Shown here: positions 38,893 to 48,779 of the stretch, piece after piece | Layout of the letters: each line of letters begins with the position of its first letter | How positions within the stretch are numbered: the stretch's first letter is position 1 | DNA from: a bacterium | GTDB lineage: Bacteria; Bacillota_I; Bacilli_A; RF39; UBA660 | Direction of reading: 5' to 3' | NCBI GenBank assembly: GCA_963661295.1 | Contig: CAVLBI010000133.1 | Location: 168-64,167, forward strand | Length of the DNA: 64,000 bases | Position numbers and translations under genes: made by a program | Notes under the pieces: model-generated | The model's input: the letters and a program-made list of their open reading frames with translations, nothing else | Databases searched by the model: none | Told to the model about the DNA's origin: nothing

Positions 38893-39912
38893 ATGATAAA
38901 AAAAGCAATCAACTATATTATGGAATTCATAAAAGAAGAATATAGATTTATTATATTTATGCTTCTACTAATAATTTTATTAAATTATCCAGTAAATTAT
39001 TACATAACTGTTGGTGGGGGTATAAGTGATGTCTCATCAAGGATTGAAGTAAAAGATAAATATGACTCTAAAGGAAATTTCAATATAAGTTATGTTACTG
39101 AACTTAAGGGTACTTTGTTTTCATATGCCATAAGTTATATTGTCCCAACTTGGGAAAGAACATCAGCTGATGACTATAAATATACAGAAGAAGAAAGTCT
39201 AGAAGACATTGAGTTTAGAAATGATTTAGATTTAAAAACAGCAAACGGAACTGCAACATACTGGGCCTATACACTAGCAAATAAGAGGCTACAAGAAACA
39301 TCATCAAAAGTCTATGTAATATTAATTGATAACAAAGATTATAAAACAGACTTAAAAGTTCAAGACGAAATATTATCAATAGATGGAAAAACATATAAAA
39401 CAACAAAAGAATATAAAGAATATCTTCAAACAAAAAATACTAATGATAAAGTAGAAGTAAAAGTATTAAGAGATAATAAGAAAAAAATAATAACAAGTAA
39501 TGTATATGATTATCAAGGTACAAAATTATTAGGAATTGGTCTTCAAACAGTAAAAGAATATAAAACTAGTCCAAAAGTAGATATAAAATTTAATAAAAGC
39601 GAATCCGGACCATCAGGAGGTTTAATCACAACGCTAGAAATATATAATCAACTAGTAAAAAAAGATTTAACTAAAGGTCATACAATTGCCGGAACTGGAA
39701 CAATAGAAGAAGATGGAACAATAGGTCAAATTGGTGGAGTAGAATATAAAATACTAGGAGCTGAAAAAGGTGGGGCTGAGTATTTCTTAGTACCAGCAGG
39801 TCAAAACTATAAAGATGCCAAAAAATATAAAGAAAAAAATAATTTAAAAATAAAACTAATAAAAGTAAAAACAATCCAAGATGCTATAGAAAAGTTGGAG
39901 GCATTAAAATGA
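38893..39912 (+). CDS. YlbL/SepM-like membrane-anchored PDZ plus Lon-like (S16) protease-domain protein
   Basis: TM anchor. PDZ-like DEILSIDGKTYKT...VEVKVLRDNKK. Lon catalytic Ser SESGPSGG and Lys block IGGVEYKILGAEKGG. Confidence 0.7.
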   Translation: MIKKAINYIMEFIKEEYRFIIFMLLLIILLNYPVNYYITVGGGISDVSSRIEVKDKYDSKGNFNISYVTELKGTLFSYAISYIVPTWERTSADDYKYTEEESLEDIEFRNDLDLKTANGTATYWAYTLANKRLQETSSKVYVILIDNKDYKTDLKVQDEILSIDGKTYKTTKEYKEYLQTKNTNDKVEVKVLRDNKKKIITSNVYDYQGTKLLGIGLQTVKEYKTSPKVDIKFNKSESGPSGGLITTLEIYNQLVKKDLTKGHTIAGTGTIEEDGTIGQIGGVEYKILGAEKGGAEYFLVPAGQNYKDAKKYKEKNNLKIKLIKVKTIQDAIEKLEALK

Positions 39913-40454
39913 GAATAGGTATTGATATGGATGATACAATTTGTAATACAACACAAATTGTCCAAGATAGAGTAAGAAAGTATGCAAAGTCGAACAATTT
40001 AAATGAATTAGACATAATGAATGATGAAGATTTAAAACAAGGATTCTTCAATATATACTTAGAAGATATTTATACAAATGTAACTCCAAAAGAAGATGCT
40101 CTTCGAGTTGTAAAAAGACTAAAAAGTAGAGGAAATGAAATATATATAATAACAGCTAGGAGTAATAATTTTTCAAATACAGTTAAAAATGTTGAAGAAA
40201 TAACCTCAGCTTGGTTAAAAAAATATGGAATAGAAGTAGACAAAATAATTACATCAGCTTATGGTGATACAAAAAGTGAAGCCTGTAAAAAATATAAAAT
40301 AGATTATATGATAGATGATGATCCATATAATTTTAAAAGAATATCATCAGTAACAAAATGTATAATATATGATGATATGGATAGATTTGAAGGAAGTAAA
40401 AACATTTTAACTAAATGGAAAGATATAGAAACCTATATAGAAAGGAATAGATAA
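39909..40454 (+). CDS. HAD-superfamily 5'(3')-deoxyribonucleotidase-like hydrolase
   Basis: Motif I GIDMDDTI (DxDxT). Motif III/IV KIDYMIDDDP. Confidence 0.6.
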   Translation: MRIGIDMDDTICNTTQIVQDRVRKYAKSNNLNELDIMNDEDLKQGFFNIYLEDIYTNVTPKEDALRVVKRLKSRGNEIYIITARSNNFSNTVKNVEEITSAWLKKYGIEVDKIITSAYGDTKSEACKKYKIDYMIDDDPYNFKRISSVTKCIIYDDMDRFEGSKNILTKWKDIETYIERNR

Positions 40455-40455
40455 A

Positions 40456-41256
40456 ATGAAAAAAACATTTCTAATTATAATAACCGCTTTAATGATAATC
40501 TTACCTGTAAATGCAGCAAACTATGACTTAAATGAACTAATACCAATAAACAAAACAACAACTCTAGGAACAGATAATCTAAGATATATAAATTTTTCTT
40601 ATAAAGAACAAGAAAATAAAATTGTATTTGAGAATATAAAAAATGTCTCAAATGAAGATAAAGCAATCACAGTAACAATAGCTCTTTTTTCAAAAGATAA
40701 GAAAAATATTGGAACTGTTAATTACTGCTCAAATAATATGCCAACAAACAATCAAGTAAGAGTACTAAAGCCAAACGAATCAACACCATATCAAATTGAT
40801 ATAACAAAAGACTATTTAGGTGAGGATTATAACTTAAGTGATATAAAATATATAGCAGTTATAAGTGACAATAAAAACTGTTTAACAAAAAATGCAGATG
40901 AATATTTAGGTCAAAAAATAGAAGAAATTGGTCAGATAAAAAACAATGGTTTATCTGATGACAGTGAACTATTAATTAAAATATTAACAATAATAGGTGG
41001 AGTTCTTTTAGTAATTTTTGTTTATAATTTTATGTTTTCATCAAAATACAGAAACGTAGATGGAGAAGATGTAAGACAAGAATATAGTTATATAAATAAG
41101 AAATTAGAAGATAAAAGAAAGTATGATGCTATTCACAATCCAAAACCTAAAAAAGTAAAAAAAGAAACAAAAACTCAAGAAGTAAAGAATCAAGAAGAAA
41201 TAGAAAACAATAATACTAATAAAGAGTCATCTGACTTACACAATTTTTATAAATAA
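40456..41256 (+). CDS. secreted hypothetical protein with a C-terminal TM segment and a long charged tail
   Basis: Signal peptide MKKTFLIIITALMIILPVNA and a TM segment (LLIKILTIIGGVLLVIFVYNFMF) in the C-terminal quarter, followed by a long Lys/Glu-rich tail. Confidence 0.55.
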   Translation: MKKTFLIIITALMIILPVNAANYDLNELIPINKTTTLGTDNLRYINFSYKEQENKIVFENIKNVSNEDKAITVTIALFSKDKKNIGTVNYCSNNMPTNNQVRVLKPNESTPYQIDITKDYLGEDYNLSDIKYIAVISDNKNCLTKNADEYLGQKIEEIGQIKNNGLSDDSELLIKILTIIGGVLLVIFVYNFMFSSKYRNVDGEDVRQEYSYINKKLEDKRKYDAIHNPKPKKVKKETKTQEVKNQEEIENNNTNKESSDLHNFYK

Positions 41257-41272
41257 TTAAAACGTATACAAT

Positions 41273-41294
41273 GAGTCTAATGACTCTTTTTTTA
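41273..41294 (+). terminator. rho-independent terminator
   Basis: GAGTCTAATGACTC hairpin plus T7. Confidence 0.55.
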
Positions 41295-41305
41295 TTTACA
41301 TCAAT

Positions 41306-41600
41306 TCACATAATTTACCACAATTTCTTAATAATAATTACATAATTTAAATGTATGATTAAATCATGAAAAGGAGGAATGCTAATAAGTAAAATATAAA
41401 GTAATAATTAATCACACAATTTCCCATAATTTTTTAATAATTTTAACACAATTATAGATTATGATGAATATAGAAAAGGAGGATTGATATTATAAGTTCA
41501 AAATAAAACACACTAAATAACAAACATAATTAAATAGTCTAACTATTATAAATATATAATGTAAAAAGGAGGCTTGATTTAGTAAAAAAAGATAAATAGT
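41306..41600 (+). repeat. imperfect tandem repeat (about 2.5 copies of ~105 bp), each copy carrying an AAAAGGAGG motif
   Basis: Copy A 41306..41411 and copy B 41412..41537 each begin TCACA(T/C)AATTT(A/C)CC and contain ATGA...AAAAGGAGG. Partial copy C is at 41538..41600. AAAAGGAGG sits at 41369, 41474 and 41564. Confidence 0.6.
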
Positions 41601-41628
41601 GTTATACTATTATTGATAGGTGGTAAAT

Positions 41629-42291
41629 ATGTATACAGTATGTTTAGTCGAAGATGAAGTTGCTCTATCTAATGTTGTAAAAGCATATTTAGAAAGAGCA
41701 GGATATAAAGTTATATGTTTCACAAAAGGAAGTGAAGCGATAAACTATATTGGTAACAAAGTAGACATTTGGATTCTAGATATAATGTTAGGAGATGATG
41801 TCAATGGATATGATGTAATCAAAGCTATTAGAGAGCAGAATGAAGATGTTCCAGTAATATTTACATCTGCGAGAGATCAAGAACTTGATAAAATATTTGG
41901 TCTCGAACTTGGTAGTGATGATTACATGACAAAACCATATTCTAGCAAAGAGCTAGTACTAAGAGTAAATAAAATATTAAAAAGAGTATATAAAGATGAT
42001 AGTCAAGTAAATGTAATTAATTATGAAGACTATATTATAAATTTAGAAAAAAGAACAGTAGAGCAAGAAAAATCAAATATAAAATTAACAACCCTAGAGT
42101 TTGACTTACTCGTTCTACTAATAAAAAATAAAGGTAAATGTTTCACAAGAGATGAGATTTTAAATAGTGTTTGGGGAAGCGACTACTTTGGAACAGATAG
42201 AGTAGTTGACGACTTAATAAGACGACTTAGAAAAAAACTTAATAAATTAAACATAGAAGCAGTATATGGCTATGGGTATAGATTATCATGA
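41629..42291 (+). CDS. OmpR-family two-component response regulator
   Basis: Receiver domain (LVEDE...DIWILDIMLGD...K) plus a winged-helix output domain. RBS GGTGGTAAAT precedes ATG 41629. The track start is 41620. Confidence 0.9.
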   Translation: MYTVCLVEDEVALSNVVKAYLERAGYKVICFTKGSEAINYIGNKVDIWILDIMLGDDVNGYDVIKAIREQNEDVPVIFTSARDQELDKIFGLELGSDDYMTKPYSSKELVLRVNKILKRVYKDDSQVNVINYEDYIINLEKRTVEQEKSNIKLTTLEFDLLVLLIKNKGKCFTRDEILNSVWGSDYFGTDRVVDDLIRRLRKKLNKLNIEAVYGYGYRLS

Positions 42292-43571
42292 GATTATTTG
42301 GAGAAAATAGTCTAGCCAAACAACTTCTAATAATAGTTGGAATTGCCTTCTTCTTACTTTTCTTATCATTAGGAATCATTTTACCAAGATTATTAATACC
42401 AATTGCAGAATCCAATATATATAGCTACTTAAGTGAACCATTGAAAATATATAACACAACTGTTGATAATGAATTATCAAACAGCGAAATAGCATTTCTA
42501 TATAAATCAGGAAATACAATAACAGCAAGTAAAAATATAGATGATGTAATAGAAAATTATAACCTAGAAAAAATAGTCAAAAAAATGACGGACCCTTATG
42601 GAAAATTTATTTATAATCATAAGACATACTACTACTATACTTTAAAAAAAAATAATATAACAAAATTTGCGATAGCTGATGATAGCTACATAAATAAGAC
42701 TAAAACATCAATAATAGGTGCAATTCTACCAACCCTATTAGGTACATTCTTATTAATTGGTTTAACACTAGTAATTTGGTCTACAATAGTTGTAAGAAAA
42801 ATAGAAAAATTAAAAAATAAAATAGATAATATTGATAATCCAGATTATGATCATAAAGTTGATTTTCAAATTGACGATGAAATGAGATCCCTTGCTTTAG
42901 CAATAGAAGATATGCGAATCTCCTTAATTAATCAAGAAGAGTATCGCAATCAAATGTATCAAAACATTTCACATGATTTTAAAACGCCTCTCACTGTAAT
43001 AAAATCATATATTGAAGCCGTTGAGGATGGTGTTGAAGATAAAACTACCGCACTAAACACCATAAAAGAACAAACAAATAAATTAGAACAAAAAGTACAC
43101 TCACTTCTTTATTTAAATAAACTCGACTATCTCAAAAATTCTAAGAATATCAATATGGACCAGATAGACATGGAGAAGGTCATACACCAAGAAGTAGATA
43201 AATTCAAATATAATAGAAAAGATATAAAATTTGAAATAAACGTAGATAAAAAGTCCACATATTATGGTTCAATTGAAAATTGGGAAACGATATTAGATAA
43301 TTTACTTAGTAATTTTATGAGATATACAAAAACTACTATAAAAATAACTGCTAAGCAAAATAAAATAATATTATATAATGATGGAGATCAAATAGATAAA
43401 GATTTTCTAGAAGCAATTTTTACCCCTTTTAGAAAAGGAATAAAAGGTCAATTTGGATTAGGATTATCAATTGTAAAGAAAACCCTAAATTTAATGGAAT
43501 ATGATATAACCATAAGAAATGAAAAAAAAGGTGTATCATTTATTATTACCCGTGATAAAAGCTATAGATAA
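42288..43571 (+). CDS. two-component sensor histidine kinase
   Basis: Two TM segments. HisKA H-box SHDFKTPLT. HATPase_c N/G boxes. ATGA overlap with the response-regulator stop. Confidence 0.85.
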   Translation: MRLFGENSLAKQLLIIVGIAFFLLFLSLGIILPRLLIPIAESNIYSYLSEPLKIYNTTVDNELSNSEIAFLYKSGNTITASKNIDDVIENYNLEKIVKKMTDPYGKFIYNHKTYYYYTLKKNNITKFAIADDSYINKTKTSIIGAILPTLLGTFLLIGLTLVIWSTIVVRKIEKLKNKIDNIDNPDYDHKVDFQIDDEMRSLALAIEDMRISLINQEEYRNQMYQNISHDFKTPLTVIKSYIEAVEDGVEDKTTALNTIKEQTNKLEQKVHSLLYLNKLDYLKNSKNINMDQIDMEKVIHQEVDKFKYNRKDIKFEINVDKKSTYYGSIENWETILDNLLSNFMRYTKTTIKITAKQNKIILYNDGDQIDKDFLEAIFTPFRKGIKGQFGLGLSIVKKTLNLMEYDITIRNEKKGVSFIITRDKSYR

Positions 43572-43689
43572 TTCTATGGCTTTTTACTTTACACAAAAAA
43601 TTATAAATTATACATAATTAGACACAATTTCTTCTTCAAAGTAAGCTCATATTTTGGTATAATGAAGATAAGAAAAGGAGTTGATAAAT

Positions 43690-44559
43690 ATGAGTAAAAT
43701 AAAAAATAAAACCACAAGAAATATAGTATCGTATGTATTACTAACTATAGGTGCAATTATATCAGCACTAGCCCTAGAATGTTTCTTAATACCAAATACA
43801 ATATTAGATGGAGGAATTACAGGTATATCAATTATTTTATTTAAGTTGTTTACTATACCAGTGTCATTATTAGTCTTAATTTTAAATATTCCATTTGTCT
43901 TTGTAGGATATAAAAATCTAGGCAAACATTTCTTGTATAGAACAATATACTCAATGATTATATTTTCATTATTCTTGTCATACTTTGAAAATGTAACACC
44001 ATTTGTAGATGATATATTATTAGCAACTGTCTTTGGAGGAGCTCTTTACGGAATAGGTGTTGGTATGGTAATTCACCTTGGTGGATGTGTAGATGGAACA
44101 GAAAGTGTAGCAATAGTAATAAGCAAAAAAACATCATTCTCAGTAGGACAAATAGTATTATTCTTTAACTTAATTATATTTACAGTTGCGGGATCTATAT
44201 TTGGAGTAGATAGAGCTCTATATTCATTACTAACATATTTTATAACATCAAAAGTAGTTGACTTTGTCTCAACTGGATTACAACAAGCAAAAGCGGCAAT
44301 GATAATTACAGATAAAAGTACAAAATTATCAAAAGAAATTTATGACAAGTTAGGAAGAACTACAACAGCAATTAGAGGAAAAGGACTAATAAGTGGAGAA
44401 AAAGAAGTTCTATATTGTGTATTAACTAGAATTGAAGTATTTGAATTAAAAAGAATTGTAGAAGAAATGGATGAAAGTGCCTTTGTAACAATAACAGACG
44501 TTTCAGATATAATTGGTAATCATATAAAAAGTAATAATAAACTAAAAAAACTAAGTTAA
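43690..44559 (+). CDS. YitT-family (DUF161/DUF2179) membrane protein
   Basis: LECFLIPNTILDGGITGISII signature. AAAAGGAG RBS precedes ATG 43690. Confidence 0.8.
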   Translation: MSKIKNKTTRNIVSYVLLTIGAIISALALECFLIPNTILDGGITGISIILFKLFTIPVSLLVLILNIPFVFVGYKNLGKHFLYRTIYSMIIFSLFLSYFENVTPFVDDILLATVFGGALYGIGVGMVIHLGGCVDGTESVAIVISKKTSFSVGQIVLFFNLIIFTVAGSIFGVDRALYSLLTYFITSKVVDFVSTGLQQAKAAMIITDKSTKLSKEIYDKLGRTTTAIRGKGLISGEKEVLYCVLTRIEVFELKRIVEEMDESAFVTITDVSDIIGNHIKSNNKLKKLS

Positions 44560-44658
44560 TAAACTACCAAATAAATTTATAAAAATAGCCCTTAAATTTT
44601 TAAGAGCTTTTTATTTGATATTTTCTATGATATACTTAAATCATGGAAGGAATGCAAC

Positions 44659-45198
44659 ATGGAGATAAAAGGATATAAAGCTTTCAATAAAGACATGACA
44701 AATATGTATGGCAAAAAATTTGAAGTTGGAAAAACATATAGCGTCGATGGAGAAATAAAGTATGGTACAACAGGTAATGGCTACCACTTTGCAAGTAGAC
44801 TAGAAGACACACTAAGATATGTTAATGCCTTAACTGAAGAAGTTAAAATAGCAGAAGTAACTGCCACTGGAACAATAAAAGAATCATTTGATGAATATAA
44901 TGGATATTATGAAGTATACAGTGTAGAAAACATAAGGATTGATAGAGTTTTAACTAGAAAAGAAATAATAGAAGAATATTTAAATATGAGTAGTGATATA
45001 AGATTAGAAAGGTTTCTAAAATCATTTAAATTAAATAAAGTTGAAATAGAACTTTTCAAAGAAAAGTGCAAACATAATCCACATCTAATTAAAGTCATAA
45101 AATATTATCAAGAACACGATAAAGAAGTCTTTGAAAGAGAATATAAAAGTAATGGAATTTATCCAAAAATATTATTAAAAAAACAAGTTAGGAAGTAA
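44659..45198 (+). CDS. hypothetical protein
   Basis: 179-aa ORF (GYKAFNKDMTNMYGKKFEVGKTY...GNGYHF) with no recognised catalytic motif. Confidence 0.5.
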   Translation: MEIKGYKAFNKDMTNMYGKKFEVGKTYSVDGEIKYGTTGNGYHFASRLEDTLRYVNALTEEVKIAEVTATGTIKESFDEYNGYYEVYSVENIRIDRVLTRKEIIEEYLNMSSDIRLERFLKSFKLNKVEIELFKEKCKHNPHLIKVIKYYQEHDKEVFEREYKSNGIYPKILLKKQVRK

Positions 45199-45202
45199 TA
45201 AA

Positions 45203-45817
45203 ATGTATAATGATACAAAGTTTTATAAAATAGTAAGACCAATTACAAAATTTTTATTTAAAATTTTATTTAGACCAGAAGTAAAAGGAGTCGAAAATAT
45301 ACCAAAAGAGGGAAGAGTACTTTTAGCTGGTAATCATACAAAATGGTTGGATCCAGTTATGTTAGTTGCGACATCACCAAGACAGATTCACTTTCTGGCA
45401 AAACAAGAATTATTTGATAGTAAATTGAGTTTTATTGTAAAAGGAATGGGCTGTGTTTCAGTAAATAGAAAAATACATGACAAAGAAGCACTAAATAATG
45501 CCTATAAGTATTTAGAAAATGAAAAATGTGTTGGAATATTTCCAGAAGGAACAATAAATAGAACAGATGATGTAATTATGCCATTCAAAATGGGAGCAGT
45601 AAAAGCTTGTTCTAAAACAAATTCAGTACTGGTTCCGTTTATAATTACAGGTGAATATAAATTTTTTAGAAAAAGTATTAAATTAGAATTTTTGAAACCT
45701 ATGAAAATAGGAGATGACTTAGAGAAAGAAAATAAAAAGTTAATGGACAAAGTAAGTAAAAAGTTAATTGAAGGAGGACGTACTCATGGCACAAAAAGAA
45801 AAAATGATCGCATATAA
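45203..45817 (+). CDS. plsC: 1-acyl-sn-glycerol-3-phosphate acyltransferase (PlsC family)
   Basis: HxxxxD block AGNHTKWLDP. FPEGT block. Confidence 0.8.
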   Translation: MYNDTKFYKIVRPITKFLFKILFRPEVKGVENIPKEGRVLLAGNHTKWLDPVMLVATSPRQIHFLAKQELFDSKLSFIVKGMGCVSVNRKIHDKEALNNAYKYLENEKCVGIFPEGTINRTDDVIMPFKMGAVKACSKTNSVLVPFIITGEYKFFRKSIKLEFLKPMKIGDDLEKENKKLMDKVSKKLIEGGRTHGTKRKNDRI

Positions 45818-46616
45818 AATATTTAGACCAATTCTAGGTTTTATATATAAAATATATTATAATCCAAAAGTAATAGGAAAGGAAAATATTCCAGAATCAG
45901 GACCAATTGTAGTAGTAGGAAATCACGTTCATATAATGGATCAATGTAATATTATTGTTAATACAAAAAGATGTCTTCACTACATGGCAAAAAAAGAGTA
46001 TTTTGATTCTAAATTTGCTTGGTTCTTTAGCTCAACAGGTTGTATTCCTGTAGATAGAAGTAAAAAAGATACTCATGCCAGTGAAGAAGCACTAGAAGTA
46101 TTACATAATTCTTGGGCACTAGGTCTATTTCCAGAAGGTACAAGAAATGGGTTAAAAGACACAAGAGCCAAAGAAATATATGATAAATATATCAATAAAA
46201 ATAAATCATTCGAAGAATTCTACAGTGAGGTAAAACATAATAAAACATCTCAAATAAATTATTTAGAAGAGTTAATGAAAAATAAAACAATTACAAAAGA
46301 ATCATTCTTAGAAAATTTAAACGATGTAGATAGTCACTTAAAAGTATTAATAAAAAAACATAAAATTACAAAAAATGATTATTATGAAAATATTCTCTTA
46401 CCATTTAAATTTGGTGCAGTTTCAATGGCTCATAAAACAAATAGTAAGATAGTTCCTTTCGCAATAACAGGAGACTATAAATTTAGAAGTAAAAACTTAA
46501 CTGTAAGAATTGGAAAGCCAATAGAAGCAACTGATGATTTAGAAGAATCAAATAAACGATTGAGAAAAGCAATCATTGAATTAATAAAAGAAAATGATAA
46601 ATATAGTGGTAAATAG
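45786..46616 (+). CDS. second PlsC-family lysophospholipid acyltransferase with an internal insertion
   Basis: GNHVHIMDQ and FPEGTRN motifs. AAGGAGGA RBS is 7 nt before ATG 45786. It overlaps the upstream gene's 3' end in another frame. Confidence 0.7.
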   Translation: MAQKEKMIAYKIFRPILGFIYKIYYNPKVIGKENIPESGPIVVVGNHVHIMDQCNIIVNTKRCLHYMAKKEYFDSKFAWFFSSTGCIPVDRSKKDTHASEEALEVLHNSWALGLFPEGTRNGLKDTRAKEIYDKYINKNKSFEEFYSEVKHNKTSQINYLEELMKNKTITKESFLENLNDVDSHLKVLIKKHKITKNDYYENILLPFKFGAVSMAHKTNSKIVPFAITGDYKFRSKNLTVRIGKPIEATDDLEESNKRLRKAIIELIKENDKYSGK

Positions 46617-46681
46617 TGTAAACTAAATTATATAATCATAATTAAACTTAAAAATTATGTTACACTTTAAGTGGTGATAAG

Positions 46682-47479
46682 ATGAAACATAATGAATTTG
46701 ATAATGAAGAAAAATACAAGTTATATAGAAATGTAAAAGATTTACTTCATCCAACAATATCTAAAAAAAATATTAGTAATTATAGAATAATAATAAAAGA
46801 TGATTTACTTCCACTAAGAGTCTTTTATCCCAAAAAAGTAACTAATATGCAAAAGATAATGATATTTATTCATGGAGAATCAAAAATAACTGGTTGTGAT
46901 AAAAACTACTCAGATATATCCGCAAGTTTTGCCAAAGAGTTTGATCATCTTATAATTTCGATTGATTATGATAATTACAACAAACCATTAAAAGAAGTAA
47001 GTATAAAGATATATGATACGATAAAATGTATATATAAAGAATTAATATCCATTGGTATTAATAATAAAAATATCATATTAGTAGGTGACTCCACAGCAGC
47101 AACAATAATCCTTAATATGACAAAGAAAATGAATAAAGAAAATATAGAGCTTGGAAAGTATATTTTATTTTATCCACCAGTATCAGGAAAATATAAAGAA
47201 TTTAATGAAAACTATGATGCTAGTATATTTAAAAACTTAAATATTTATTATAAAGGACAGAAGAAAGATTATTTTCCAATAAATCAAACATCGATATCAT
47301 ACCCAGAAACATTAATATTATGTGGAAATGTAGATCCGTTACTAAATGAAATAGATGAATTTTCAAAGAAATTTAAATTAAACTTAAAAACAATCCAGTT
47401 TGCTTACCATGGATTTCTAAATAGTAAAGATAAAGAAATAAAAGAAGAATATATAAAAGAAATAAAAGAATTTATATAA
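46682..47479 (+). CDS. alpha/beta-hydrolase-fold esterase/lipase (HSL-like)
   Basis: IFIHGES oxyanion region. Nucleophile elbow VGDSTAAT. Confidence 0.6.
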   Translation: MKHNEFDNEEKYKLYRNVKDLLHPTISKKNISNYRIIIKDDLLPLRVFYPKKVTNMQKIMIFIHGESKITGCDKNYSDISASFAKEFDHLIISIDYDNYNKPLKEVSIKIYDTIKCIYKELISIGINNKNIILVGDSTAATIILNMTKKMNKENIELGKYILFYPPVSGKYKEFNENYDASIFKNLNIYYKGQKKDYFPINQTSISYPETLILCGNVDPLLNEIDEFSKKFKLNLKTIQFAYHGFLNSKDKEIKEEYIKEIKEFI

Positions 47480-47588
47480 ATAACTAAGTCACGTACAGTG
47501 GATTTTTAATATACATATTTATATTTACAAATAAAAGTAACCTAGTAATAAATTACTAAATATGTTATAATTTTTTATGGTGATAATA

Positions 47589-48125
47589 ATGGAAAAGAGA
47601 AAGACTAAAAAAGAAATAGTAAAAATGTTATTAAAGAATAATTCTTTGGATGAAAAAGATGAAGAAGAACTACTTGACTTACTAATAGATCAGCCAATAA
47701 GTATAGACGTCGATAAACAGGAAGAGGCTAAGATGACAATTGGAGATAAAGTAGCAGACAAGGTTAGTGAAATTGCCGGTTCTTGGGGATTTATCTTAGG
47801 ATTTTCTTTATTTTTAATATTCTGGATAGTTTTAAATGGTTTTATATTAACCGGAAACAGTCGAATTGATAGTTACCCATTTATATTATTAAATTTACTT
47901 TTATCTTGTATCGCAGCTTTACAAGCACCAATAATTATGATGAGTCAAAATAGGCAAGCTGCAAAAGATAGTTTAAGAAATCAGAATGATTATCGTACAG
48001 ACTTAAAGAGTGAATTAATATTAGAAGAACTACATAATCAAATGGAAACTATAATAAAAAATCAAAAGAAAATTATGAAGTCGTTAGAAGATAATCAAGA
48101 AGGAGAAACAAATGAAAAAAAGTAG
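47589..48125 (+). CDS. DUF1003 membrane protein
   Basis: GSWGFILGFSLFLIFWIVLNG...LQAPIIMMSQNRQAAKD is the family signature. Confidence 0.75.
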   Translation: MEKRKTKKEIVKMLLKNNSLDEKDEEELLDLLIDQPISIDVDKQEEAKMTIGDKVADKVSEIAGSWGFILGFSLFLIFWIVLNGFILTGNSRIDSYPFILLNLLLSCIAALQAPIIMMSQNRQAAKDSLRNQNDYRTDLKSELILEELHNQMETIIKNQKKIMKSLEDNQEGETNEKK

Positions 48126-48630
48126 TATTATAATAGTTTTAATATTAAGCCTATTCTTAGTAACGGCTTGTCAAGAAAAGAAAACCAAAGAAAAAGTTAT
48201 TAGTAATGGAGAAACGGTAGATACATCACAAATGAAACATAAAACATGTACAAGAGATGCATCTGCCGGAGATGGAATTGATGTTACATTAAGCTATGAT
48301 TTATATTATACTGGAGAAAATTTAAATATACTTCACTCAAGTGAAAAAGTAGTCGCAACATCAAGTGAAACATTAGACGAATATGAAAATGCGTACAAAA
48401 AAATAGACTCTAATTACGTAAATCTAAAATACTATGATTCAAACGTAATAAGAGGAGATACAAGTGTCACAAGAGATTTAACCATAAATTATGATAAAAT
48501 TGATATAGATGGTTTATTAGCTATTGAAGGTGAAGAGGATAATATAATAGAAAATGGAAAAGCAAAAGTAGATAAATGGATGACTCTTGCCAAAAAGTTT
48601 GGAACAAAATGTGAAGATGTAACTGATTAA
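48112..48630 (+). CDS. lipoprotein (YehR/DUF1307-like)
   Basis: Lipobox LVTAC. 14-nt overlap with the upstream gene. Confidence 0.6.
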   Translation: MKKSSIIIVLILSLFLVTACQEKKTKEKVISNGETVDTSQMKHKTCTRDASAGDGIDVTLSYDLYYTGENLNILHSSEKVVATSSETLDEYENAYKKIDSNYVNLKYYDSNVIRGDTSVTRDLTINYDKIDIDGLLAIEGEEDNIIENGKAKVDKWMTLAKKFGTKCEDVTD

Positions 48631-48642
48631 TTACATCTATAT

Positions 48643-48718
48643 GTTCAAATAGTTTAATTGGATAAAATCTTTCCCTCCGACGGAGAAGATAAGGGTTCAA
48701 ATCCCTTTTTGAACACCA
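48643..48718 (+). tRNA. tRNA-Arg (anticodon CCG)
   Basis: Manual cloverleaf: acceptor GTTCAAA/TTTGAAC, D-arm GTTT-AATTGGATA-AAAT, anticodon stem TTTCC/GGAGA with loop CTCCGAC, T-arm AAGGG-TTCAAAT-CCCTT, discriminator A, encoded CCA. Confidence 0.75.
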
Positions 48719-48779
48719 ATAAAAATAAATAAGTAAAATGAATTTAAGTTTTACTTTTTTTGTGTTAAAATATTCTTAT

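Noticed and set aside
41369-41600. Mini-ORFs (MLISKI, MIL, MI) directly after the three repeated AAAAGGAGG motifs, as possible leader peptides
   Set aside because: Only 1 nt separates the GGAGG from the ATG or TTG, which is too short for initiation. The ORFs are 2-6 codons long, and nothing downstream resembles an attenuator. The motifs are more likely part of the repeat unit than functional ribosome-binding sites.
43647-43925. The 92-aa minus-strand ORF overlapping the start of the YitT-family gene
   Set aside because: It is antisense to a conserved YitT N-terminus, which has a proper AAAAGGAG RBS and an upstream extended -10. It has no signals of its own.
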